From the NCBI RefSeq assembly GCF_009914755.1, contig NC_060929.1: a DNA stretch of 64,000 nt; one strand, written 5' to 3'. The position numbers were made by a program, and so were the translations under genes. Of the stretch, positions 12,886-25,010 are shown in pieces; position 1 is the stretch's first letter, and each line of letters begins with the position of its first letter. Under the pieces are notes generated by a model, which did not search any database, was not told the DNA's origin, and was given only the letters and a program-made list of their open reading frames with translations. The DNA is from the human T2T-CHM13v2.0 reference genome, Homo sapiens.

Positions 12886-15199
12886 AACAGAGAATTTATT
12901 AGAAAAGTTAATCTAAAGTGGATTTGGGGAGTTGGGGAGATAGTAAGGAGGTCACCGCATTTACATGAAGAGAAGAGTGATAGCAGTAAGGATAGGATAG
13001 AGAAATAAAGTAATAAATTCCCAGGGAAAACTGACAGAAACTGTAATGGAAGAAAGCGGGGAAAATCAGAGTCCCAAGTTTTTAAGGCTGGAGGAATGCG
13101 TGATTGAAAGATTGCTAGTAACCTTCCCATAGGTACAATGAGGTAAGTGTTTTGAGCATGTTTTTCTTGGACAGACTATTACCTTTTTCCATCAGATAAA
13201 ACAATGCCAGGTGGTGATACAGCTACCCAGTCCTTGAAAAATGACACCTACCTGATGTCAAAACTTAAGTTTTGCATTGGTCCCTTACCAGGAGGTAAAG
13301 ATACATGTGACTTACAAGCATTCCAAATATATTAATATAGGCTACAAAAAATGCATGTGGTCTAACAAGCAAACATATCTTAAGCCCAGTTACTATATAT
13401 GACCAAAATAATGAGAAATGTAAACTTCTGTTCATCATAACAATTTCAAATAATTGTTTTTATCAACTTCTTTTTTCAAAGGAATAATCATAGTTGACCT
13501 AACCGATCAGATATTTTCAGGAAACAGCCAGAATGAAAAGTCAATACTACCAGATTTTAATTGGTGGTTCTATTATTAGCTTGCTGAATTCCCCATGGTC
13601 AATAATTTAACATTTCGGGTTCAATTTTTCCTCCTTAAAATGAAATCAGAACACCTAATCTTTACATTCAGCCAGGCAGTATAAAAATAAATTGGAATTC
13701 ATCAACTATGAAGCCCTCACACTTCTTCTGGGACGGTAACTCTATAAATACAAGACATTATTATTAATTAAAAATCAATAGTGAATCTATGTGGTGGGGA
13801 ACACACATTCGCACTAATCCCAAAACAATTACAGCCCGAGACAGGTTCATTCTGGGCAAGTCAGTGATGGAGGGTGCAGCGGCACAGCTTCACCAGAGGA
13901 AACTACTGACTTTGCAAGATCCTATTCTTTTCTTATTGATTTCCTTTGCAAGGCCAGAAATCAGATCACTTACTAGAGCTTAAAGTCACTTTCTGGGAAT
14001 ATATTCCTGGTAGCTCTTTTCTAAATACATAAATCTAACCAATATGCACAAACAAATCCCACAGGTCTTTATAGTACATTTTGAACCAAATTTAAAGAGA
14101 GAGAACTACTTGAAGTTTTCATGAAGACACAGTCCCTTTGAATTTCCAGCTCCCTAGGCTGCTTTTTAATTGCCGTAGGTTATGAACGATGTTTAGATTT
14201 TGTTTTATTCCCCAAGAGCATTCAGAATTAGTCCTTGGCCTCTGCAAGCTCAGATTTTACTGAAATGCAATGAATTCCATTCCCATTCCCAAGGCTGTTC
14301 TCTGTAACATGCATTTTTCCCCCTTTTTCTTTAAATGCTGTGGCGTTACGGCGAACACCTTTTGTGCTAGTGGTTATCAGGTGTGACTACTATGATCATT
14401 AAAGCCAGGGTAAGGATTCATTCAACTTTGGCTCATTCTGTTGAAAATCCAGCTTTTAAAAACTCTGTTAGTATGCTTTCTTACTGATGATCAAATGAAT
14501 TGTCGCCTTGACATTTCAGTTCATATGCGAACAGGCTGACGTACTTTTTCATCTGAGTCACTAAGCTTACATGAAGCGAAAAGCAATGATCACTTCTATA
14601 AAACGTAAATACTGAATATTTTAGGATACTCACTACATTATTAACAGCATGGATATAAAAAATGTGATTCATGAGACTTTAAGGTTTTGAGAGTTGAGGA
14701 GTGTATGCATGTGTATGTGTGGTTCGTTGGTTGGTTTTTGTCATTTTCTTACTAGTAATGTTTAACTGGACCATCACCTTACTGAAGCGCAAAGAAACAT
14801 CTTTGTTAGAGATTAATCTTGAAAAAGCAGGCTTAAATAATTTCTGGTTTCATTGAATAAACAGTTTTTAATTTAAGCAAAATAAAATCAAAATTTTGAA
14901 GTAGTGTGTTACTTGAAATTCTTTCTAGTATTAGGCTATTTACCCAAATAAGTGATGGGGAAGGCTATCCAGGTACATATGGTCACATGCTCACATACTC
15001 GTGCACACACATACACATACCATTTGTCTATGTTTACTTTAACATGTGAAGTGTTATAATTAACAGAGACTTACAAAATGTATGATCAAATACAAACAAA
15101 TTTTATCTGATTTAATTACCAAACCACTGGTCAAAAAATTCCATATTGTGTTACCAGTCTCAGCTTTTTTTTGGATAAGTTTGGTTGTTTTTCTGATTC

Positions 15200-15615
15200 A
15201 TAAGATAAATTTGTATCAAGAACCTATTCTGTGCCAAATACTGTGCAAAGAGCTTTACACGCACAATTTTCATTTAATCTTGACTGCAACTGTACAAACA
15301 GGTACTAGTTTTTGTGTGTTTTTTTGTTTTTTTTGTTTGTTTTTTTGAGACAGAGTCTCGCTCTGTCACCCAGGCTGGAGTGCAGTGACGTGATCTCGGC
15401 TCACTGCAAGCTCCGCCTCCCAGGTTTACACCATTCTCCTGCCTCAGCCTCCTGAGTAGCTAGGACTAACAAATACAAACAGGTACTAGTTTTAAACAAC
15501 CTTACAGTTGAGAAAATTCAGACCTAGAGAGCTGTCCAACATCATGAAGACAGAAGAATCAGAGCTGAGATTGGAACACAAATTTGTCTAAAATGTAAAC
15601 CTTGAGTACTACAGT
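15200..15615 (-). mobile_element. MIR interrupted by a truncated Alu
   Basis: acctattctgtgccaaatactgtgcaaagagcttt...tttaatct; ttacagttgagaaaattcagacctagaga. Confidence 0.6.
15313..15468 (-). mobile_element. 5'-truncated AluY (right monomer) with 20-bp TSD
   Basis: Y-type gcaagctccgcc and ccattctcctgcc; TACAAACAGGTACTAGTTTT at 15293-15312 and 15474-15493. Confidence 0.9.
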
Positions 15616-15683
15616 CCCATCCATCCTAAACCTCCAAAGTATAGAAGTCTCTTGTAATCACAGAATAATCAAATAAAAGAGGT

Positions 15684-15875
15684 TACTATGGACTAAACAT
15701 TTGTGTCCCCAGTGAACTCATATGTTGAAGCCCTAATTCCCAGTGTGATGGTATTTGGAAGTGAGGCCTTTGGGAGGTAATCAGGGTTAGATGAGATTGT
15801 GAGCATGGGGCCTGCATGATGGGATTAATGCCCTTACTACAAAAAGAAGAGACATCAGTGCTCTCTCTCTCTCTC

Positions 15876-15914
<39 letters not shown>

Positions 15915-16010
15915 ATACACCAAGGAAAGGCCATGTGAGGACATAACAGGGAGATGGCAGTCTGCAAATCAGAAAGAGAGTCTTCAGCAGACACCAGATA
16001 TGCTGCTGGC
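15684..16010 (+). mobile_element. MLT1A-like MaLR LTR with internal (CT)n(GT)n
   Basis: ctatggactaaacatttgtgtcccc...tcatatgttgaagccctaattccc...ggccatgtgaggaca. Confidence 0.85.
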
Positions 16011-16894
16011 CAAATATCTGCCACAAGTTGTGTTATTTAGCTTTCCCAAGGGTCATTTTGATTGAACAGCACACAGAGTTTTGCCCTGCACTCCTTTGTG
16101 GTTTCATCAGGGGCTTGCATTTCCTGGGAGGGCTGGGGGTGAGTGTGGCTTCCCAGGCAAAGCTCTCATCATCTACAGTGTTGCTTTCAAATAAGCCTTG
16201 CCAACCCTTTTCTCCTTGTGGGTGGGAAGGGAGACGAGGGAGTGGATGCTTCACCTGCACTCCTAGAGGTATAATAATGTCAGTGACACACAAGGATGGT
16301 AAAGATAGAAACTAACTGTATAAACTTTGCTTAAATCACAAACTCCAGAACTTAATTTACTCATGTTTTAAACGAGGGTGATGCAGTTTACCTACAGTCC
16401 CAATACATCTCATATATTTATACACCCAAAATCTATAATACATAGATATAATTCCATGTCATTCTGAGAAGTGAGTGTGCACAGGAAGCAAATGAGGACT
16501 TTGGGCTCTGTTTAATCCCATGTGCTAGAAGAGCATTTTAGAGTCCATCTAATAAACTGGTGCCACTTTTGACTCCTTAATTTCTGCTGCTACTTGGTGA
16601 AGGCCAGAGCATGGTTGCTTCCAAGAGGATTAATCAAACGAGACTGTGGCCCAAGACATCCTTTGTTGTGATGATCTTTGCTAGAATATAATACAATGCA
16701 TGAATCCTCCTGATGCTGTTTCTTAACCTACCCCAAACTTAAATGTCCAGGAGTTGTGGAAACTTAGATGTGAGTGTAGAGGTAATCACTTTAAAAGTCA
16801 CTATCTATTGTTGGGTCTTGTTAATATGCATAAAAGCAATAACCATAAGTCATGGTTACTTCTGTAGGTACTGAATGTTTTTTGTTGGACTGAA

Positions 16895-17045
16895 CTATAT
16901 ATGAAGCTATAGACATATAACTGTATATGAACTATATATAAATGTAATGTAAAGTAATATATAATATATAATAATATATATAGAACTATATCCAAATATA
17001 TTTGCAAAATATGCAAAAGATAAAACGTAAAGATATAAAGACTGA
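16895..17045. repeat. AT-rich (TA)n-like low complexity
   Basis: direct reading. Confidence 0.7.
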
Positions 17046-17239
17046 AAAATACACATATGTCATCACAGAAGTCACTAAGCTCACAAAACATAGCTGTCAT
17101 AAATTGATATCCTAAAACCCAGATATCTGGAAACTACAATGTCTTAATTATATATGAGCATTTTGTGAATATGCATCTCCACTGTTGTCCATATAAAAAC
17201 AAATAATGTAAAAAAGTAGCCCACATAAAATGCATCTAT

Positions 17240-17880
17240 AAACTGTACCCTAGAACAGATGGACTTAATAGATATTTCCAGAACATTCTACCCAACAACT
17301 GCAGAACATACATTCCGTTCATCAGCACATGAAACATTCTCCAAGATAGACCATATGATAGGCCACAGAACAAGTCTCAATAAATTTAAGAAAGAAAATG
17401 AAATCATATCAAGTAGTGTCTTAGACCACAGTGGAATAAAATTGGAAGTCAACTCCAAAAGGAATACTCAAAACCATGCAAATACATAGGGATTAAATAA
17501 CCTGCTCCTGAGCGATCATTGAGTCAACAATGAAATACAGATCAAAATTTAAAAATTCTTTGAACTGAACGATAATATTGACACAACCTATCAAAACCTC
17601 TGGGACACAGCCTAAGTGGTGCCAAGAGGAAAGTTCATAGCATTAAATGCCTACATCAAAAAGTCTGAAAGAGAATAAATAGACAATCTAAGGTCACACC
17701 ACAACGAACTAGAGAAACAAGAACAAACCAAACCCAAACACAGCAGAAGAAAAGAAACAACCAAGATCAGAGCAGAACTAAATGAAACTGAAACAAAAAT
17801 ACAAAAGATAAATGAAACAAAAAGCAGGTCCTTTGAAAAGATAAATAACATTGATAGACCATTAGCGAGATTAACCAAGA
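17240..17880 (+). mobile_element. Internal L1 ORF2 fragment (end of endonuclease domain and linker), L1PB/L1MA-like
   Basis: ORF 17259-17489 MDLIDISRTFYPTTAEHTF.SSAHETFSKIDHMIGH..SLNKFKK.EII....DHSGIKLE is typical L1 ORF2p; disrupted by stops. Confidence 0.93.
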
Positions 17881-20800
17881 CATGTTGGTTTTTCTACTGT
17901 TGACTATAAATGGTATAGAGCTTTGCTCTTCTCAGAATGACTGAGAACCATGTAAAATTCACAGAACCAGGTTGAGAATGGCACGTTGATCATCACAGCT
18001 CAAAGGCTCAAACACAGATGCATCATTACCACTGATAAAATAAAATCCTCCGTGCAAGAAACATAAGGACAATGAATTATTGTGAAACTTACCGTGACAA
18101 TAAAACCCTTGACACAAAGGGGCTGGTTAATTTCTAAATATTGATGATCCAACCCACCCCCAAGTAGATAAAAGCACACATGAAGAAATGATTAGTGCAA
18201 TAATGAAGATCCTAAATGAGGTCAGAGTTTCTCCAGGAGCACACACAAGAAAATCAGTGTTCATTCTATGACACTGACACTATGTCCCCCTGTCTGCTTC
18301 ATGAAGTCTGCAGCCATCGGCCTGGACACAAAAAGCACATCTGTGCTGGATCTCCAATGCTGATGACACCACTGCCTGGAAGAACAAGATGGCAAAGCCC
18401 AATTGTCAGATGGAGTCTCATCTTTTACTAATTGGCAGTGAATGAAGCACACCCTTTTCTGAAAGGTTCTGACACAGGTTAAATTTGTCCTTATCTTGCC
18501 ATCCCTGTTTTAGTTAATGACCATCCCCCACGTCAATTAAACCAGAAGCCTAGGAGACAACACAACTCCTCTCTGCTCTTGCACAAACTTCTGCTAATTC
18601 TGTCTTCTTGGCAAACCTGAGCTTAAAGCAGAAGACAGATAATTTCCTGGAATGCCCACTCTTACATTTGCACAACGAAGTATTAATTATGCTTCAAGAT
18701 CCAGATTCTCTCACAATTTCTTCTCTGATGTACTCAAAATCAATCTTTCCCTCCTTCTACTGCCCACCACTCTACACAGAAAATATCTGCACTGATTTCC
18801 TTACTACCTGTACTATAACGATTTGCTTCTATGCCTGTAATCCCTAATCAGCTGTGTGCTCCCTGACAACAGAACCATGTCTTATTTGCCTTTGGGAACC
18901 TGTTCCTATCTCAGTACCCAGGTCAAAACTCAGTCTTTGCTGAAAGAGAGGGAGAGAGAGAGAGAGAGAGAGGAGAGTAGCTATCACTGGGATCTAAGGG
19001 GTCACAAGGAATGACTTGATCTAGTTGTGACTGCTCTATGAAAATAGAAAAGGATCTTGAGTATTGTTCTTTGAAAGGTTAAAGTAATATTTGCAGATGC
19101 CAAAGAAACTGAGACAGGCAGTTCAGGATGAGATTGGAAAAGAGTTTAGGGACTGGGGCCCATAGTTCACGAGTGGGTTTTGGTCTTTGGGGGTAACGGT
19201 GGTGAGGGGAACATATGGGCAGGGCAGAGGACATGGCCAGGGCAAAAGAACTAAAATTCTTTGAAAGGATCTGTGTTCAGCCCCAGCAAACTGTAGCTGT
19301 CTCCTCCACTGTCTTGCTGGCCAGGTCATCAAATGTTTGCCTGTATCAATCACAAACTGAGATACTGGGCTGTGCCCAGGCCTAAAACCTAGGAGACAGA
19401 TATGGATTCCTCCCTGTCTTTTCAGGCAAAATAGAGAGAGTAAAAAGGAAATTGTCCATTCCTCTGACCTCTTGCTTTTCTAAGAAGCCAATGAATCAAT
19501 CATTTAACTGATTTTTAAAATTCCTTGTAGATGGGAGTATCTCCTGATCTTTTAATTAGTAACCCTGGAGAACAAACCCACTACTGGCACATTCAAAGAA
19601 TATTTCTCAAAAGCTGTGAAGGTTATATATTACAAAAAATATGGTATATCTTTTTTATCATTTTTTTTAAATGGATTAACAGAATTCACAGGAGAGAAAA
19701 ATTGTTATATTATCTAAGTTTCTTCCCTACAGTGCTCAAGAAAATAAAACCATGGATATGTTTTTTCAATAAAAGAAATGAAAGAACAAGTCCAATACTT
19801 TTATAGATAATAAATATCATAAAGATATCCCAGAGTTCTCCTATAATTGGTAGAATGGACTGGAATCAGTTACATTTTAGTTGAATGAAGTTTCAGTTCT
19901 GTCTCTCAATTCTTGGACAGATGAAACACCTTGCAGCAAAGGGGGAGCATCATATATCACAGGGGTAAGAACATCAAGAGCCTGGTGGACAAGCACAGTC
20001 ACCCAATTTCAAAATTAAAAAGTAGTGGATATAATTTAATCCAACCCTCTCACTTTGGGGAATAAGGACTCTGAGACCCAGAGAAGTGATGTAGTGTGGC
20101 TTGCTCAGGGGCCTGCACCTAGGAAGTGTCTGAGCCCAGAATCAGAGCCAGACACAGGATGCCCGTGTGCTTGCTCTGCAACAACTCAGACATCGGGAGC
20201 CATCCTCGGCCAAAGCCAGTCATCACCGGTGTCTCCTCAGCCTGCGAAATGGCCAGTGGCCAGAAGGGATATTACACTGACTATGAAGGAGATGACAGAA
20301 TTAAATTAAAATCTCTTTTCTGTAACAGCAAAGGCTGAGATGGGTAAATTTTTCTCTGGCCTTTATCCTAAAGGGTACATTGCAGCGTTTGGATAGGATA
20401 TAGGAGGATTACGGCAACCTTCACAATTTATGAATATAAATAACTCTGCAACCTCTGATTCAATGAAAACTGTATTTGGTTTAAAAAGCCTATCAGTGTC
20501 TATCTTCTGTGTTAATTTAAGGTTTTAGCATGGGGAATTGCTTTGGTAGATTTCCATTTGTTTCCCACACTCTAGTATATGGACTAAAGCCAGTTCTTAG
20601 AAAGAGACTTTCTAAGAATTTTTTCTAAGAGACTTGGTGGGCTTTTCCTAGTGGCAAGTGAAAATAAATACAACTAATTTTCTGTTTTTCTCCAACGGAT
20701 AAACTGTCTACTGCAAACTCACAAAAAAAAACGATTTTAATAATTTTCACAGTAAACCATACATGTATTTGTTGCTCTGTTTTGGGGGAGCGAAAATAAT

Positions 20801-21519
20801 ATTTTTAAAGATCTAAATTGAAATGTCTAATTAAAACCTGTCTATCTTTGTGACTAGTAATAAGCTATTTCATTTTTGGTGGCTTCATTTTTCACTTCTC
20901 TTAAATCCTACAGGAAGAAGGCAAAAATTCCAAACAGAAACTACCATCTAAGTATAATTAAAATTTGTAACTCTTCTATTTCACTGCATGACATCAGTAA
21001 GATGCTTATAATTAAAACTATTAATGAAATTTTTAACCTAAATATAAAAATGCTCAGACAGTAGTTTTCTTAATATTCTATTCTATGTCCTAGTAAGAAA
21101 ATTCAAGATTGGGATGTGATTCTTTACATAGATAATTCTTATTAAGAAATTGTTTCACTCAGAACCATGGGAAGAGAGAAATGGCTTTTGGTATGGTGTA
21201 TTCCGTGTTTTCCATTCCCCTTAATAATGTTCCCTTTTGTTTTAGACTCTTTTGCACTCTATTAATTTAGAATAAATGAATGAATACTTTGGGCTTTCAA
21301 GGAAAATGTTTTCTCCATTTCTGATCTAAAATCAGTTCATCTATTATTTAAAAAGGTATTTACTCCCTATACCATGTCTTAAGTGTTTGAGACAGAAATT
21401 TAAATAGCTTCACTTTATTGTTTATATAGAAAACATTTCGTAAGTTCTTCAAGTTATTCAAGCTCAGCATATAAAGAGGGGTTTTTACCAAACAATAAAT
21501 GGAAGTACGTGGGTCATCT

Positions 21520-21745
21520 TACTCATTACACAGGCTGTGGAGTGACAGGGTCTGGGTTCTTATTTTGGGTCCTGCTCACCATCTGTTTGATCTTGGGGAA
21601 ATTGCTTCATCTGTGCCTTTGTTTTCTCATCTCTCAGATGAGAATAACAGTATCTGTGCCTCCTAAGGTGGTTATGAAAATTAAGTGGGAAAATCGAGGT
21701 AAAATGCTTAGAATGTTGCCCAGATCACAGTAAATACAATCTTAG
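21520..21745 (+). mobile_element. MIR
   Basis: tgatcttggggaaattgcttcatctgtgcc..ttttctcatctctcagatgagaataacagta. Confidence 0.8.
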
Positions 21746-23049
21746 ATATTACTGGAGATGCATTTTTAAAAACCCTATGTCAAATTCTTTACTTGGAAGT
21801 GGCTGAAAACATCTATGGGCTTCATTTCTATGCTCAGCCGTGTGGTTCTCGATGGCCCAGAGTTTGTCTCCCCTGCCCTGCTGGTGCCCACGGTTCCACA
21901 TCCTCAGTGTTCTGCATGGAAGCATCATTTAGAAGAATGGTCATGTTCACATTTCTTTGAAAGAAAGTTCTTTGGTGCAAAATAGTACAAATCCAACAGT
22001 TCCCCAGAGGGGCAGGGTTCGTTCTGAAGTACAATCTTCAGGTTTTCAGGTTAAGGGAGTGGCCTCCTCTGGGCCTTCCCCAGTGAGGGATGGGGACAGG
22101 TGGCTCTTCTTGTAATGGTGTGACCTCACTGCTGCACAGTCTACTTTCTGCTTTCTCTTCCAAGGAAAGCCTCCCATTCCCATGTTGATTTGGCCTCTTA
22201 CATAAGCTCACTTTAGACTTCCTGGGGATACACTCAGATCTCTCTGAGGCTATGCAGTTGCTCCTGAGCCTCATGTGTTTGGAATTCCTACAGCCTCTCT
22301 TCTGGAAAGCCATGGAGTGACAGGGTAAAGCCACACAAAACACACACACGTGCACACTCATATATGGGATAAAGCCATGGGAGATGTGTCCTCCTGGCCT
22401 CTCAGCTACCCTCCATGGTGATGGATGGTTTGACCCCTGACTCCTGAGCCTGCTCCATCCCCCTAGACCCATGTGATTCAGGGTCCATGTGGATGGCTTG
22501 GCCTAACATACACAACCTATTGCCCTCTACTATTCATCCTTTGCCCCAGCCTGGGCCTTGCTCTTCCAGAAACCATTCCAATTCCAAGCTCTGAAGCTCT
22601 CCCATCCCATTGTTGACAACCTCCAATGCCTCCCACTCACCCACCTTCTTAATCTCAATGCACCCACTTCCACCTCCTAAAGACTTTGAGGCCCTAGACC
22701 GCATGATCTTTTCCCAATGCACCACCTTCTTTCTGGCTTTGGATCCTTCCCTAGCAGCCTAGAAAGCTAAGCCCATCCTGGAGCCCTTCTCTCCTCACTT
22801 GAGGGGAAAGGCAAGGTTGGTCTTGCTGCTCTGCCTTCCAGAAACTCTGGAGAACAAGACCCAATCTTAACCCAGTCTCACCACTTCACCTCTCTGCACT
22901 TACTCTTCATCCCTATTGGGCAACAGCCCATAGCCACATGGCCTTGTGGATCTTGTGGCCTTGCTCTGGCCTCAAGGAGGTGCTCAGTCATGCCCAGTGA
23001 TTCTGCAGGGGGCTCAGCCTCCTCTCCCCAGGGCCCTCAGCAGCTGAGC

Positions 23050-25010
23050 ATCACATTCATTGCTCTCCTCCGAGTCTTTTCCCACATTGTGCTTTTGTCT
23101 AAGCAGATGGCCACACTACCTACTTACTGAGAAATGAGGCATCTTTTGAAAGGAGGCCTCTCAATGTCTCATTCTCTCAGAGCAGAATATACAGCTGCCT
23201 CCAGCTGTGCCCACCTCCCCTCAGGACACAGGATCCCTCCTGTGCAAGGCAAAGCCCTTCCTGGGTGCTGGGCTCTCGTCTCTTCAGTCCCAGGGACATC
23301 AAGCTGCCCCTTCCCATCTCTGGATTTTCACTCTTTCTTCTGATTTCTTCTGGGTCTTTCTTTTCAGCATCCACCCATGCCTAACACTACTATTAAAGTA
23401 AACAAACAAAAACCTTTCTCGATTCCACACCTCCTTCTGGCTTCTACCCTCATTTAACTGTGTCCTTTGTCAGCTAAGATTTGTGAACTCACCTCTGAAC
23501 CCCCTTCTGCCCATCCCAGCCATTCTCAATTCACTGCGGTCTCGCATCCATCCACGTTACCCCCACATTGCCAAGTCCAGTGAGTGATTGTTGGCTTGAC
23601 TTCACCTAACCCTTGACAGAACATCTGGCACTGTTGGCCACTTGCTCCTCCTCCTAGAAGTTCCCTCCTCCTCATGTGCCTGACCCCACTCCTTTTCCAG
23701 CCACGATCCTCTCCCTCCCCTTCCTGTTTCTCCACCGTGTTCCCCAAACTGCTGCTCCTCTCACCAAAGCATTTCTCTGCAGACACTGGTTTCAACTACC
23801 AGATACAAATCTCCAGTTCCAACCTCTAGCCTGAGTTCCAGACCCTTAAATCTGGGTGCACACTGGCCACATCCACTTGGATTCCCCAGAAACTCTGCAA
23901 AAAGAAAACACTCAGAATGAGCCTATGACCTTTCTCTCCCTTAGCCCTCTTCTGATAGCCAGTGTTTTAGCAACTGATGGCCCATCTCCCAGTCAGCCTC
24001 TGTGAATGACACTTGAGGGTCTCTTGCTCTTAGCGCCCCCACCCCTTCCATCCTGCCTCCATCCAGCTGATCACCATATCTTGTGATTAATCCCTTTTAA
24101 TTCTAGCAGCTTCCCAGCAGTCTTAATGCAGGCCTAATCAATTGCCTGGGTTATTATAATATTTCTCACTTTTTCATCCCTACTCTCCTTTATGTTTCCA
24201 CGCTACCAAACACCTCTCTTTAATATTAATCTTGATCAGCCACATTCAGGGATCCTTCTGGGGCTTCCTGAGCATTCAGTTTGGTCTCCCTCCCGAGCTC
24301 CACCCACAGGCTCCTTTTCCTTACTGCTATGCCTCAACAAACATCTTTTGTTCTTCCCATACCAGATTTCATACGATGTCTTTAAAAATGACAGGACTTC
24401 ATACGTTACTAGGTCTAGGCTTTTGCCTCTCTCGGGGCCCCATCCTAATTCCTGCTCTTCCTTAAAATTCTTCTCCCCCATAGACTGCTGGTCCTAAGTG
24501 TAATTAACCTTCCCCATTAGCTCTCACATACATTTCTCTCCTGGCACTTTCAGGCTATAATTGCTTATTTCCCTGGCTGTCTCCTCTTCCTCAGGTGGAA
24601 AGTAGGGAATTGTTATATTCCAGGGCTCCACAAACCTTTTCTGTAAAGGGCCAGATAGTAAATCTTTCAAGCTGTGCTAACCTTTCATTCACTGTCACAA
24701 CTTCTCATCAACAGCACATAAATACATGGATATGGCTGCATCCCGGTACAACTTTATCCAAAGGCACCAAAGTTTAAATTTGCTACAATTTCCACATGTC
24801 ATGAAATAATATTTTTAAAAATGTATTCAACCATTTAAAAACGTAAAAGCCATTCTTAGATCCCGGGCTGTACAAACACAGGCGGTGGACTGGATTTGGC
24901 CCTCGGGCTGCAATTTGCCAAGCCTCGTTCTATTTATACCACTATCCCGCACTCCAGGCTCAGCACCACGGTAAATACGCAATGAATATTGGCTCGACAG
25001 ATTACTAATG
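23050..25010 (+). mobile_element. Long degraded L2, interrupted by MER58
   Basis: pyrimidine-rich L2 body (caaatctccagttccaacctct..ctgagttccagacc); L2-like 3' end near 24950-25000; boundaries approximate. Confidence 0.6.
24621..24927 (+). mobile_element. MER58(B-like) hAT-Charlie DNA transposon
   Basis: caggg..caaacctttt ctgtaaagggccagatagtaaat...ggatttggccc..gggctgcaatttgcca; imperfect 8-bp TSD ttatattc/ttctattt. Confidence 0.85.

Noticed and set aside
19931-19950. CTCF-like GCAAAGGGGGAGCA (also GGGGGCGCTA on minus at ~24030-24040)
   Set aside because: Lacks the CCASYAG half of the motif
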